From: Squalus acanthias
Lineage: Eukaryota
Length of the DNA: 64,000 nt
NCBI GenBank assembly: GCA_030390025.1
Contig: CM059431.1
Span: forward strand, 120,158,001 to 120,222,000
Reading direction: 5' to 3'
Made by a program: the position numbers and the translations under genes. Each line of letters begins with the position of its first letter. Position 1 is the stretch's first letter. The notes below the pieces were generated by a model. That model had not been told where the DNA came from, did not search any database, and saw nothing but the letters and a program-made list of their open reading frames with translations. This document shows, piece after piece, positions 10,245-21,429 of this stretch.

Positions 10245-13200
10245 TAGGGTTGCCAACTCTGGTTTGATGTACTCCTGGAGATTTGATCATGTAATATTTG
10301 CCCATTATTTACCTTAGTTGAATGCCTTAGTGTCACCAAGCTCCAAATAAAATAGTTCACTTTTTATTTTACAGCGAGATGAATAACATAATTTATAATC
10401 AAAGAAAGTACACAAAAGAATAGAAAGATTTAAGGATAAGTAATGTTTAAATAAAATATATTTCTGTGATGTTTCTATAGTATTGACCGCAATGAGCAAT
10501 ACCAAGTAAATTCCACTGATTCAATAAAAACATCTTCAATACCAGTAACAATTTTATGACTTTTTACTATACACAGCAAGTTATAAAACAGTAAATAAAA
10601 CCAAAGCCAAACCTAATTCAATTCACCGACTCCTTCAGGGATGTAAGGCTCAGTCCTCAGGGAGAAGCACCAAAGCTGCCTGACTCCCGTAATAACACAT
10701 TATACAACAGCACATACCACAGGCCAACAGGAACTCTCACTCCCTCCAGTTTGTGCTGCTCTCTCCCCAGTTTGTGATTCTCTATCTTCTTTCCCAGTTT
10801 GTGTTTCCCTCTCCCCAGTTTGTGTTTCTCTCTCCCTCTCTCCCCAGTTTATGTTTCTCTCTCCCACTCTCCCCAGTTTGTGTTGCTCTCTCTCCCTCCC
10901 TCCCCAGTTTGTGTTTCTCTCTCCCTCCCTCCCCAGTTTGTGTTTCACTCTCTCCCCAGTTTGTGTATCTCTCTCCCACTCTCCCCAGTTTGTGTTTCTC
11001 TCTCCCTCTCTCCCCAGTTTGTGTTTCTCTCTCCCTCCCTCCCCAGTTTGTGTTTCTCTCTCCCTCTCTCCCCAGTTTGTGTTTCTCTCTCCCTCTCTCC
11101 CCAGTTTGTGTTTCTCTCTCCCTCCCTCCCCAGTTTGTGTTTCTCTCTCCCTCCCTCCCCAGTTTGTGTTTCTCTCTCCCTCTCTCCCCAGTTTGTGTTG
11201 CTCTCTCTCCCTCTCTCCCCAGTTTGTGTTTCTCTCTCCCTCTCTCCCCAGTTTGTGTTGCTCTCTCTCCCTCTCTCCCCAGTTTGTGTTTCTCTCTCCC
11301 TCTCTCCCCAGTTTGTGTTTCTCTCCCTCTCTCCCCAGTTTGTGTTGCTCTCTCCCTCTCTCCCCAGTTTGTGTTTCTCTCTCTCTCTCTCCCCAGTTTG
11401 TGTTGCTCTCTCCCTCTCTCCCCAGTTTGTGTCTCTCTCTCTCTCTCCCCCCAGTTTGTGTTTCTCTCTCCCTCCCTCCCCAGTTTGTGTTTCTCTCTCC
11501 CCCCAGTTTGTGTTTCTCTCTCCCTCCCTCCCCAGTTTGTGTTTCTCTCTCTCCCCAGTTTGTGTTGCTCTCTCCCTCTCTCCCCAGTTTGTGTTTCTCT
11601 CTCTCTCTCCCCCCAGTTTGTGTTTCTCTCTCCCTCCCTCCCCAGTTTGTGTTTCTCTCTCTCCCCAGTTTGTGTTTCTCTCTCTCCGCAGTTTGTGTTT
11701 CTCTCTCTCCCCAGTTTGTGTTTCTCTCTCCCTCTCTCCCCAGTTTGTGTTGCTCTCTCTCCCTCTCTCCCCAGTTTGTGTTTCTCTCTCTCCCCAGTTT
11801 GTGTTTCTCTCTCTCTCCCCAGTTTGTGTTTCTCTCTCTCTCTCCAGTTTGTGTTTCTCTCTCTCTCTCTCTCTCCGCAGTTTGTGTTTCTCTCTCTCTC
11901 CCCAGTTTGTGTTTCTCTCTCCCTCTCTCCCCAGTTTGTGTTTCTCTCTCCCTCTCTCCCCAGTTTGTGTTGCTCTCTCTCCCTCTCTCCCCAGTTTGTG
12001 TTTCTCTCTCCCTCCCTCCCCAGTTTGTGTTTCTCTCTCCCTCCCTCCCCAGTTTGTGTTTCCCTCTCCCTCCCTCCCCAGTTTGTGTTTCCCTCTCCCT
12101 CCCTCCCCAGTTTGTGTTTCTCTCTCCCTCTCTCCCCAGTTTGTGTTGCTCTCTCTCCCTCTCTCCCCAGTTTGTGTTTCTCTCTCTCTCTCCCCCCAGT
12201 TTGTGTTTCTCTCTCCCTCTCTCCCCAGTTTGTGTTTCTCTCTCTCTCCCCAGTTTGTGTTTCTCTCTCTCCCCAGTTTGTGTTTCTCTCTCTCCCCAGT
12301 TTGTGTTTCTCTCTCTCTCCCTCCCCAGTTTGTGTTTCTCTCTCCCTCCCCAGTTTGTGTTTCTCTCTCTCTCTCCAGTTTGTCTTTCTCTCTCTCTCCG
12401 CAGTTTGTGTTTCTCTCTCTCCCCAGTTTGTGTTTCTCTCTCCCTCTCTCCCCAGTTTGTGTTTCTCTCTCTCTCCCCAGTTTGTGTTTCTCTCTCCCTC
12501 TCTCCCCAGTTTGTGTTTCTCTCTCCCTCTCTCCCCAGTTTGTGTTTCTCTCTCCCTCTCTCCCCAGTTTGTGTTTCTCTCTCTCCCCAGTTTGTGTTTC
12601 TCTCTCCCTCCCTCCCCAGTTTGTGTTTCTCTCTCCCTCTCTCCCCAGTTTGTGTTTCTCCCTCCCTCCCTCCCCAGTTTGTGTTTCTCTCTCCCTCTCT
12701 CCCCAGTTTGTGTTGCTCTCTCTCCCTCTCTCCCCAGTTTGTGTTTCTCTCTCCCTCTCTCCCCAGTTTGTGTTTCTCTCCCTCTCTCCCCAGTTTGTGT
12801 TGCTCTCTCCCTCTCTCCCCAGTTTGTGTTTCTCTCTCTCTCTCTCCCCAGTTTGTGTTTCTCTCTCCCTCTCTCCCCAGTTTGTGTTTCTCTCCCTCTC
12901 TCCCCAGTTTGTGTTGCTCTCTCCCTCTCTCCCCAGTTTGTGTTTCTCTCTCTCTCTCCCCCAGTTTGTGTTTCTCTCTCTCCCCAGTTTGTGTTTCTCT
13001 CTCCCTCTCTCCCCAGTTTGTGTTTCTCTCTCTCCCTCCCCAGTTTGTGTTTCTCTCTCCCCCCAGTTTGTGTTTCTCTCTCCCTCCCTCCCCAGTTTGT
13101 GTTTCTCTCTCTCCCCAGTTTGTGTTGCTCTCTCCCTCTCTCCCCAGTTTGTGTTTCTCTCTCTCTCTCCCCCCAGTTTGTGTTTCTCTCTCCCTCCCTC

Positions 13201-16200
13201 CCCAGTTTGTGTTTCTCTCTCTCCCCAGTTTGTGTTTCTCTCTCTCCCAGTTTGTGTTTCTCTCTCTCTCTCCGCAGTTTGTGTTTCTCTCTCTCCCCAG
13301 TTTGTGTTTCTCTCTCCCTCTCTCCCCAGTTTGTGTTGCTCTCTCTCCCTCTCTCCCCAGTTTGTGTTTCTCTCTCTCCCCAGTTTGTGTTTCTCTCTCT
13401 CTCCCCAGTTTGTGTTTCTCTCTCTCTCTCCAGTTTGTGTTGCTCTCTCTCTCTCTCTCCGCAGTTTGTGTTTCTCTCTCCCTCTCTCCCCAGTTTGTGT
13501 TTCTCTCTCTCCCCAGTTTGTGTTTCTCTCTCCCTCTCTCCCCAGTTTGTGTTTCTCTCTCCCTCTCTCCCCAGTTTGTGTTTCTCTCTCTCTCCCCAGT
13601 TTGTGTTTCTCTCTCCCTCTCTCCCCAGTTTGTGTTTCTCTCTCTCTCTCTCCCCAGTTTGTGTTTCTCTCTCCCTCTCTCCCCAGTTTGTGTTTCTCTC
13701 TCCCTCTCTCCCCAGTTTGTGTTTCTCTCTCCCTCCCTCCCCAGTTTGTGTTTCTCTCTCCCTCCCTCCCCAGTTTGTGTTTCCCTCTCCCTCCCTCCCC
13801 AGTTTGTGTTTCCCTCTCCCTCTCTCCCCAGTTTGTGTTTCTCTCTCCCTCTCTCCCCAGTTTGTGTTGCTCTCTCTCCCTCTCTCCCCAGTTTGTGTTT
13901 CTCTCTCTCTCTCCCCCCAGTTTGTGTTTCTCTCTCCCTCTCTCCCCAGTTTGTGTTTCTCTCTCTCTCCCCAGTTTGTGTTTCTCTCTCTCCCCAGTTT
14001 GTGTTTCTCTCTCTCCCCAGTTTGTGTTTCTCTCTCTCTCCCTCCCCAGTTTGTGTTTCTCTCTCCCTCCCCAGTTTGTGTTTCTCTCTCTCTCTCCAGT
14101 TTGTCTTTCTCTCTCTCTCCGCAGTTTGTGTTTCTCTCTCTCTCCCCAGTTTGTGTTTCTCTCTCCCTCTCTCCCCAGTTTGTGTTTCTCTCTCCCTCTC
14201 TCCCCAGTTTGTGTTTCTCTCTCCCTCTCTCCCCAGTTTGTGTTTCTCTCTCTCCCCAGTTTGTGTTTCTCTCTCCCTCCCTCCCCAGTTTGTGTTTCTC
14301 TCTCCCTCTCTCCCCAGTTTGTGTTTCTCCCTCCCTCCCTCCCCAGTTTGTGTTTCTCTCTCCCTCCCTCCCCAGTTTGTGTTTCTCTCTCCCTCTCTCC
14401 CCAGTTTGTGTTTCTCCCTCCCTCCCTCCCCAGTTTGTGTTTCTCTCTCCCTCTCTCCCCAGTTTGTGTTGCTCTCTCTCCCTCTCTCCCCAGTTTGTGT
14501 TTCTCTCTCTCCCCAGTTTGTGTTTCTCCCTCTCTCTCTCCCCAGTTTGTGTTTCTCTCTCCCTCTCTCCCCAGTTTGTGTCTTTATCTCCCTCTCTCCC
14601 CAGTTTGTGTTTCTTTCTCCCTCTCTCCCCAGTTTGTGTTGCTCTCTCTCCCTCTCTCCCCAGTTTGTGTTTCTCTCTCCCTCTCTCCCCAGTTTGTGTT
14701 TCTCTCTCCCTCTCTCCCCAGTTTGTGTTTCTCTCTCCCTCTCTCCCCAGTTTGTGTTTCTCTCTCCCTCTCTCCCCAGTTTGTGTTTCTCTCTCCCTCT
14801 CTCCCCAGTTTGTGTTTCTCTCTCCCTCTCTCCCCAGTTTGTGTTTCACTCACTCCCCAGTTTGTGTTTCTCTCTCCCTCTCTCCCCAGTTTGTGTTTCT
14901 CTCTCCCTCTCTCCCCAGTTTGTGTTTCTCTCTCCCTCTCTCCCCAGTTTGTGTTTCTCTCTCCCTCTCTCCCCAGTTTGTGTTTCTCTCTCCCTCTCTC
15001 CCCAGTTTGTGTTTCACTCTCTCCCCAGTTTGTGTTTCTCTCTCCCTCCCTCCCCAGTTTGTGTTTCTCTCTCCCTCTCTCCCCAGTTTGTGTTTCTCTC
15101 TCCCTCCCTCCCCAGTTTGTGTTTCTCTCTCCCTCTCTCCCCAGTTTGTGTTGCTCTCTCTCCCCAGTTTGTGTTTCTCTCTCCCTCCCTCCCCAGTTTG
15201 TGTTTCTCTCTCCCTCTCTCCCCAGTTTGTGTTTCTCTCTCCCTCTCTCCCCAGTTTGTGTATCTCTCTCCCTCTCTCCCCAGTTTGTGTTTCTCTCTCT
15301 CTCTCTCCCCAGTTTGTGTTTCTCTCTCTCTCTCTCCCCAGTTTGTGTTTCTCTCTCCCTCTCTCCCCAGTTTGTGTTTCTCTCTCCCTCTCTCCCCAGT
15401 TTGTGTCTCTCTCTCTCTCTCCGCAGTTTGTGTTTCTCTCTCCCTCCCTCCCCAGTTTGTGTTTCTCTCTCCCTCCCTCCCCAGTTTGTGTTTCTCTCTC
15501 TCCCCAGTTTGTGTTTCTCTCTCTCTCCCCCAGTTTGTGTTTCTCCCTCTCTCCCCAGTTTGTGTTTCTCTCTCTCTCCCCAGTTTGTGTTTCTCTCTCT
15601 CTCTCCCCAGTTTGTGTTTCTCTCTCTCTCTCTCCCCAGTTTGTGTTTCTCTCTCTCTCTCTCCCCAGTTTGTGTTTCTCTCTCTCTCCCCAGTTTGTGT
15701 TGCTGTATCTCCCTCCCTCCCCAGTTTGTGTTTCTTTCTCCCTCTCTCCCCAGTTTATGTTTCTCTCTCCCTCTCTCCCCAGTTTGTGTTGCTCTCTCTC
15801 CCTCTCTCCCCAGTTTGTGTTGCTCTCTCCCTCTCTCCCCAGTTTGTGTTTCTCTCTCTCTCCCCAGTTTGTGTCTTTATCTCCCTCCCTCCCCAGTTTG
15901 TGTTTCTTTCTCCCTCTCTCCCCAGTTTGTGTTGCTCTCTCCCACTCTCCCCAGTTTGTGTTGCTCTCTCTCCCTCTCTCCCCAGTTTGTGTTTCTCTCT
16001 CCCTCTCTCCCCAGTTTGTGTTTCTCTCTCCCTCCCTCCCCAGTTTGTGTTTCTCTCTCCCTCCCTCCCCAGTTTGTGTTTCTCTCTCCCTCCCTCCCCA
16101 GTTTGTGTTTCTCTCTCCCTCCCTCCCCAGTTTGTGTTTCTCTCTCCCTCCCTCCCCAGTTTGTGTTTCTCTCTCCCTCCCTCCCCAGTTTGTGTTTCTC

Positions 16201-16674
16201 TCTCCCTCCCTCCCCAGTTTGTGTTTCTCTCTTCCCTCCCTCCCCAGTTTGTGTTTCTCTCTCCCTCTCTCCCCAGTTTGTGCCTTTATCTCCCTCCCTC
16301 CCCAGTTTGTGTTTCTCTCTCCCTCCCTCCCCAGTTTTGTCTTTATCTTCCTCCCTCCCCAGTTTGTTTCTTTATCTCCCTCCCTCCCCAGTTTCTGTTG
16401 CTGTCTCAGGACTCAGGGAGTTTCTAGGCAAATTTTGTTGACCCTGATCCTGTCATCCACACAACCGGCAATGAAGTGGTGTGTTCCGAATAACAGGGGG
16501 AACAGCAGGGTCCAACAATGCCTTTTCGTTGCAAGCGACGATATCCAGGTTACTGAACATGCACAAACCGGGCATCCAAGGACCGTTTCTCCAGCGTCTC
16601 CAGCAGCAATGCTCGGGAGACCAATCGCTCATTCTGGGAGACTCCCAGTCAAAGCGGAACAGTTGGGAACCCTT
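10245..16674. mobile_element. Non-autonomous hAT-type DNA transposon carrying an expanded satellite
   Basis: TIRs TAGGGTTGCCAACT (10245) and AGTTGGGAACCCTT (to 16674), 12/14 match. Perfect 8-bp TSD CTCGAAAG at 10237-10244 and 16675-16682. Confidence 0.88.
10745..16395. repeat. Minisatellite array, unit about 22-33 bp, consensus CCCCAGTTTGTGTTTCTCTCTCCCTCTCT
   Basis: Roughly 200 directly visible units that vary in (CT)n length. Confidence 0.98.
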
Positions 16675-17869
16675 CTCGAAAGGCACTTTCAGCTTACAGA
16701 CTTATTTTTTTAAATCATCGAAATGGGAGAGAAAATAGAAAAGTAAATGACATCATAGAAATATTGCAATGGGAAAAATTAAAAAGAAACAGAAGCAGTA
16801 TCGATATAATTATGTGGGGCATGAAGAAGTTGAGAAACATGTTCAATTATGTATTTATCATAACATATTAATGTAACATGCAACAAATGTTGACACCCTG
16901 GCCTCAAGAACACTGCATATTTTAACATTGAGAAAGACAAGGGCAGCAATCTTATAGGATCACCATCACCTGCAAGTTCCCCATCAACTTGGATTCTATT
17001 TAGATTCAATATCCTGGAATCTTTTTATTTGTTCTTGGGATGTAGGCGACACCAGCAAGGGAGCACATATTGTCCATCCCAAATTGCCCTGAGGCCATTG
17101 AGAGTCACATGTAGGCGTGACCAGGTAGCGTTGGCAGAAAAAGAAAAAAAATCAGAAGCAGTGCGCGCAATAAATATATTCGGAAAGGAATAAAATGAGG
17201 AGGAACGATAACCAGGCAGGAAAAGTTCAGATATAAAAATGAGTGGAAGAAAGAGACATATAAAGGTAAAGTAGAGACAAAGAACTAGAGAATTAAATTT
17301 AATGATATGAAATCATAAATATAAAGAAATGAAATGGAGGATTGTATAATAAAATAAATGCAGGAATATAAAAATGAGCAAAGAAGGAAATACATAAAAG
17401 AATAACAACAAAGAAGGAATCTCCTTTATAATGTAAAGAAGCTGACAGAATGACAAGAACAAAATGAATAAAGTAGGATTCAAGGAAAGAACTGATGATA
17501 AAGTTCATTTGAAAGATGAAATAAACCAGCAGCAAAGAGAAAAAAATCAAAGCTACATAGTACTATAAAAAGAGAAAAGGACAAATAAACCCAAAGGGAA
17601 ACAAACCAAAAGTGAACAGAATTAAAAGAAATAGGCGCACATTAATGGATTCTCCCATGACATTGATCTTCCGTAAGTCTGCGCCTGGGTTTGATGTTTT
17701 ATTGTTTACGGGTTTCACTCAAAAAACGACTATAGTTTGCTCATTATTTGTGCATCAAACTTCCTGAAGCACAATGTCCGATGACTGACTTGAATTAAAA
17801 TATTGACATCTTATTGATAATAAAAGGTACAAGTCCCACAGGACTCCCATTCTCCCTCCATAAGCTACA

Positions 17870-18515
17870 ACTTGTCCAAAACATAAACGCCATCTCCAGT
17901 ACAATGCTAAGTTTCGCTTTCCCACCACCACAAGCTTTCTAATCTATACCAGCACGTTGTCCCATAATATATTGGGACAAATTTTCATATCAGGGCATGA
18001 GCAGCAATCTGCCTCTATAGAACCCGCCCAATTATCATTTCATTGGTTTCAATGGAATGAAAATTGGATGGTTCCTATAACAGTGGGGCGATCCGCTCCG
18101 CGTGCCGTGAAGTCAAATATGTATCCAATTGAATTTAAAGATTTTACCTTCATCTTCAAATTCTTCTATGGTCTCACCTCACACTATCTTTACAACCCCC
18201 GCCAGCCTCACCTCCCCTTCTGCAACCCTCAGTCCTCTGACCCAAGCCTTTTGTGCATCCACCCCTCCCATTGTCCACCATTGATGGTGTGAACTTCAGA
18301 TATTAGCATCCTACTATCTTGAACCACTTCCCTAAACTCCTCTGACTTTCTTCTTTCTCCAACTTTCAAACCTTTTTAGTATCCATCTTTCTGATCAAGC
18401 TGTCTATCATTTCTCCTAACCCTCTGACTATGGCTTGGCTTTTTAATTTTCCTTCTGAAAAGCACTTGGGATGTTTTCCTAGGATAAAGGCGCTATATAA
18501 TTGCAAGTTATTGAT
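17870..18515 (+). mobile_element. Degraded L2-like LINE 3' end, with a palindromic MITE-like insert at about 17973-18126
   Basis: Tail AAAGGCGCTATATAATTGCAAGTT; diverged similarity to 19390-19945 on the opposite strand. Confidence 0.55.
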
Positions 18516-19389
18516 AACACTGCTGCTGATTCAACCATCGAGGGGATAGCTGTTTAGACTCAGACCTGAAGACTTGCTCATCTGAAGAATCCAGGAAGGA
18601 TGTCAATGCCCATGATGAGTATCCCAGCACAAATCACTGCTGTCAGGAAAAGGAGAGAGACAGGAAACAATGCTGATTGAAGGTCTGCCAGGGAGTAGAG
18701 CTTCATAATGTCACACTCTGAAACCCTTGCTCCGACAAGGCCTATAACTGGCAGTTTTAAAACATAAAACAGCAGAATAAAGATAATTGAGCGAAGCTGA
18801 CAGATATGGCCAATCAAACAATAAGAAATTGTGGATTTGTTCCGCAGAATAATGCATGTACTAATGCATTTCTCTGCAGCCTTTTGAAACAATATAAAAG
18901 CATGTAAATTAAAAAAGATGCCTGCAATTGGCACAGCACAACCTACTATGCATGTCATAGCGGGTTGTGCTGTAATTATTGCAGACATCTTTTTATTTCA
19001 TTTAAGATGAATTTTATTATCTCTTTTCTTTTTTACGGTTGCTGAACTCAATGTTGTGCAAATACTACTGACTTGCCAGAGGGACTCAGAGCCATGTCTA
19101 TGGAATTGTGGTAATAGGCATTAAAGCCCTTGTTTCACAGTTGACCTTAACCAAGTTGTGCAGAGACGGGTGCAAAGCCCATTACAATGCCACAGCCATA
19201 GCTCCAAGTTCTTCCAGCATGTAAGTACACTAAATAACACTGACGTCAGCTTTCAACAACTGTAGAACAGAAGGAGAGATAAAGCACTACGTTTAATAAT
19301 CCTAATGCTGATAAAAGTAAATCTCTACACACACTAGAATTTCAGACGTGTGCTACCTGCAGCAGAGGCTACCTGCTGGCAGCGCATAT

Positions 19390-19945
19390 TCAACAACAAC
19401 TACTTGCATTTAGATAGCCTCTTTAACATAGTAAAAATGTCCCAAGGACTGTTATCAAACAAAACTTGACACCGAGCCACATAAAGACAAATTAAGATAG
19501 GTGACCAAAAGCTTGGTCAAAGAAGTAGGTTTTAGGGAGCAACTTAAAGGAGGAGAGAGAGGTAGAGAGGCAGAGAGGTTTAGGGAGGGAATTCCAGAGC
19601 TTGGGGCCGAGGCAGCTGAAGGCACAGCCGCCAATGGCTGAGCGATTAAAATCGGGGATGTGCAAGAGACCAGAAGTGAAGGAGCACAGAGATCTCACAG
19701 AGGGGTTGTGGAGCTGGAGGAGGTTACCGAAATAGGGAGGGGCGAGGACATGGAGAGATTTGAACACAAGGATGATTGTTTTAAAATCGAGGCATTGCCG
19801 GATCAGGAGGCAATGTAGGTCAGCGAGCACAGGGGTGATGGGCGAACGGGACTTGGTGCGAGTTTAGGATACGGGCAGCAGAATTTTGGATGAGCTCAAG
19901 GTTACGGAGGTTGGAAGGTCAGAGGCTGGCCAGGAGAGCAGTGGC
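19390..19945 (-). mobile_element. L2/CR1-group LINE 3' fragment
   Basis: ORF2 C-terminal remnant (LADLH.L.I...DFK.IILVFKSLH ... PKLWNSLP ... SSFK) and a (GTT)n tail. Confidence 0.75.
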
Positions 19946-19989
19946 ATCGGAACATTATTCTATATAAATAAGCATCCCCATGCACTTTT

Positions 19990-20162
19990 TGGCCAGAACT
20001 TTGGCAGGGGTGTAAAACAAGCATTATCGGATTGGCTGCTCGTTACTCATCGGCCCATTTTCCTCGTCATTGATTATGGAAAATAAAGCTGGGCGGGGTG
20101 TATAACGGGGAAATGATCCGATATCGCCCGTTATACACCCCGGCCGAGATTGAACTTTCCGC
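19990..20162. mobile_element. Short palindromic MITE-like element
   Basis: Imperfect inverted arms (GGGGTGTA.AAC / GTTATACACCCC) around a central CATTGATTATGG. Confidence 0.5.
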
Positions 20163-20714
20163 CATTTGTTTCTATGAATCTTTTGATAAATTAGCCTGAT
20201 GCAACGAATTTTTACTCAATTCTTCGACACCTCAGCAGAAAAATGAGGACCATGTTGCATGATCTGTTTATTTTCAGCTCAATGACCTGAGACAAATAAG
20301 AGGGCAATTTAAGTGCTGATTTGATGTCGATTAATGTTAATATTAATGTTAATGTTGGTTGCCCGGGCAGAATAACAGAATTAGATGTGTAATAAATTAA
20401 TCAAAATCCTTGGCTCTGCACGGACTAAGAAGGTGCTTCTTGAAAATCTGAATTCGTTTTAAAATTTGGTACAAAATAACTGATGACATTAATGCTATAT
20501 ATTCATTACTAAATGTGTTACAATCTGTTTTACACTCTTTTAATTAACATGTTGTAGATTGCTTCTCGATGGCTGTTATGCAGTTCTTCTTATAGCACCT
20601 CAATGTATATTTGCAAGCCAAAACAGAAGAACATAAAGCATGGAATGAGAAAAGGACATTCAACATAATGTACCTGCACAGACAATCTACCCTACCACTC
20701 ACTGCGATAATAAA

Positions 20715-21180
20715 AAAAAGGAAAGAGTTACATTTCTATAGCGCCTTTCACGATCACCGAACATCTCAAAGAGCTTTACAGCTAATGAAGTACTTTTTTA
20801 GAGTGTAGTCACTGTTGTAATGTAGGAAACGCGGCAGCCAATTTGCAGACAGCAAACTTCCACAAACAGTAATGTGATAATGACCAGATAATCTATTTTT
20901 TTTTTAGTGATGTTGATTGAGGGATAAATATTGGCCAGGACACCAGGGAGAACTCCCTTGCTCTTTTTCAAAATAGTGCCATGGGATCTTTTACGTCCAC
21001 CTGAGAGAGCAGATGGGGCCTCGGTTTAACATCTCTTCCGAAAGACGGCACCTCCGACAATGCAGCCCTCCCTCAGTACTGCACTGGAATGTCAGCCTAG
21101 ATTTTTTCTGTGCTCAAGTCCCTGGAGTGGGAACTTGAATCACACAACCTTCTGACTCAGAGGCAAGAATGCTACCCACT
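20715..21180 (-). mobile_element. tRNA-derived SINE (DeuSINE/SacSINE1-like) with L2-type tail; its 5' end continues at 24104-24133
   Basis: Minus strand GTGGCTCAGTGGGTAGCA (A box), a degenerate B box, and tail AAAGGCGCTATAGAAATG. Family name is from memory. Confidence 0.7.
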
Positions 21181-21429
21181 TTTCTTTTAAATTTTATTAT
21201 TTATTAAACATTAAAAACATTTACAACATCGTGATCATTCCATTGTATCATACAAATCCATTCTGCCGCTCTGCACAGCCATTCCTCCACCATATATTAA
21301 CATCAAAACCTGAAGTTTAATTTGATTCCCATAACATATACTAATCTATTGTACTTTAAAAATTGATCAGTAATCATGGCTCCGAATAAGGGAAGTGTGC
21401 CTGATAATCCCCCGTCATTTAATCTCTGG

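Noticed and set aside
10745..16395. CRISPR-like repeat-spacer appearance
   Set aside because: The intervening parts are just variable (CT)n, not unique spacers; there are no cas genes and the context is eukaryotic.
10753..16713. Four giant ORFs (1355-1986 aa) in the satellite
   Set aside because: The repeat unit lacks stop codons in these frames; all three plus frames give the same low-complexity peptide. Not genes.
17150..17640. A-rich purine tracts (also 8880-9170) giving hydrophobic minus-strand ORFs
   Set aside because: Low-complexity compositional artefact.
18520..18680. Possible host exon on minus (polypyrimidine-CAG near 18640)
   Set aside because: All frames close quickly, there is no recognisable protein and no partner exons; a non-coding exon cannot be excluded.
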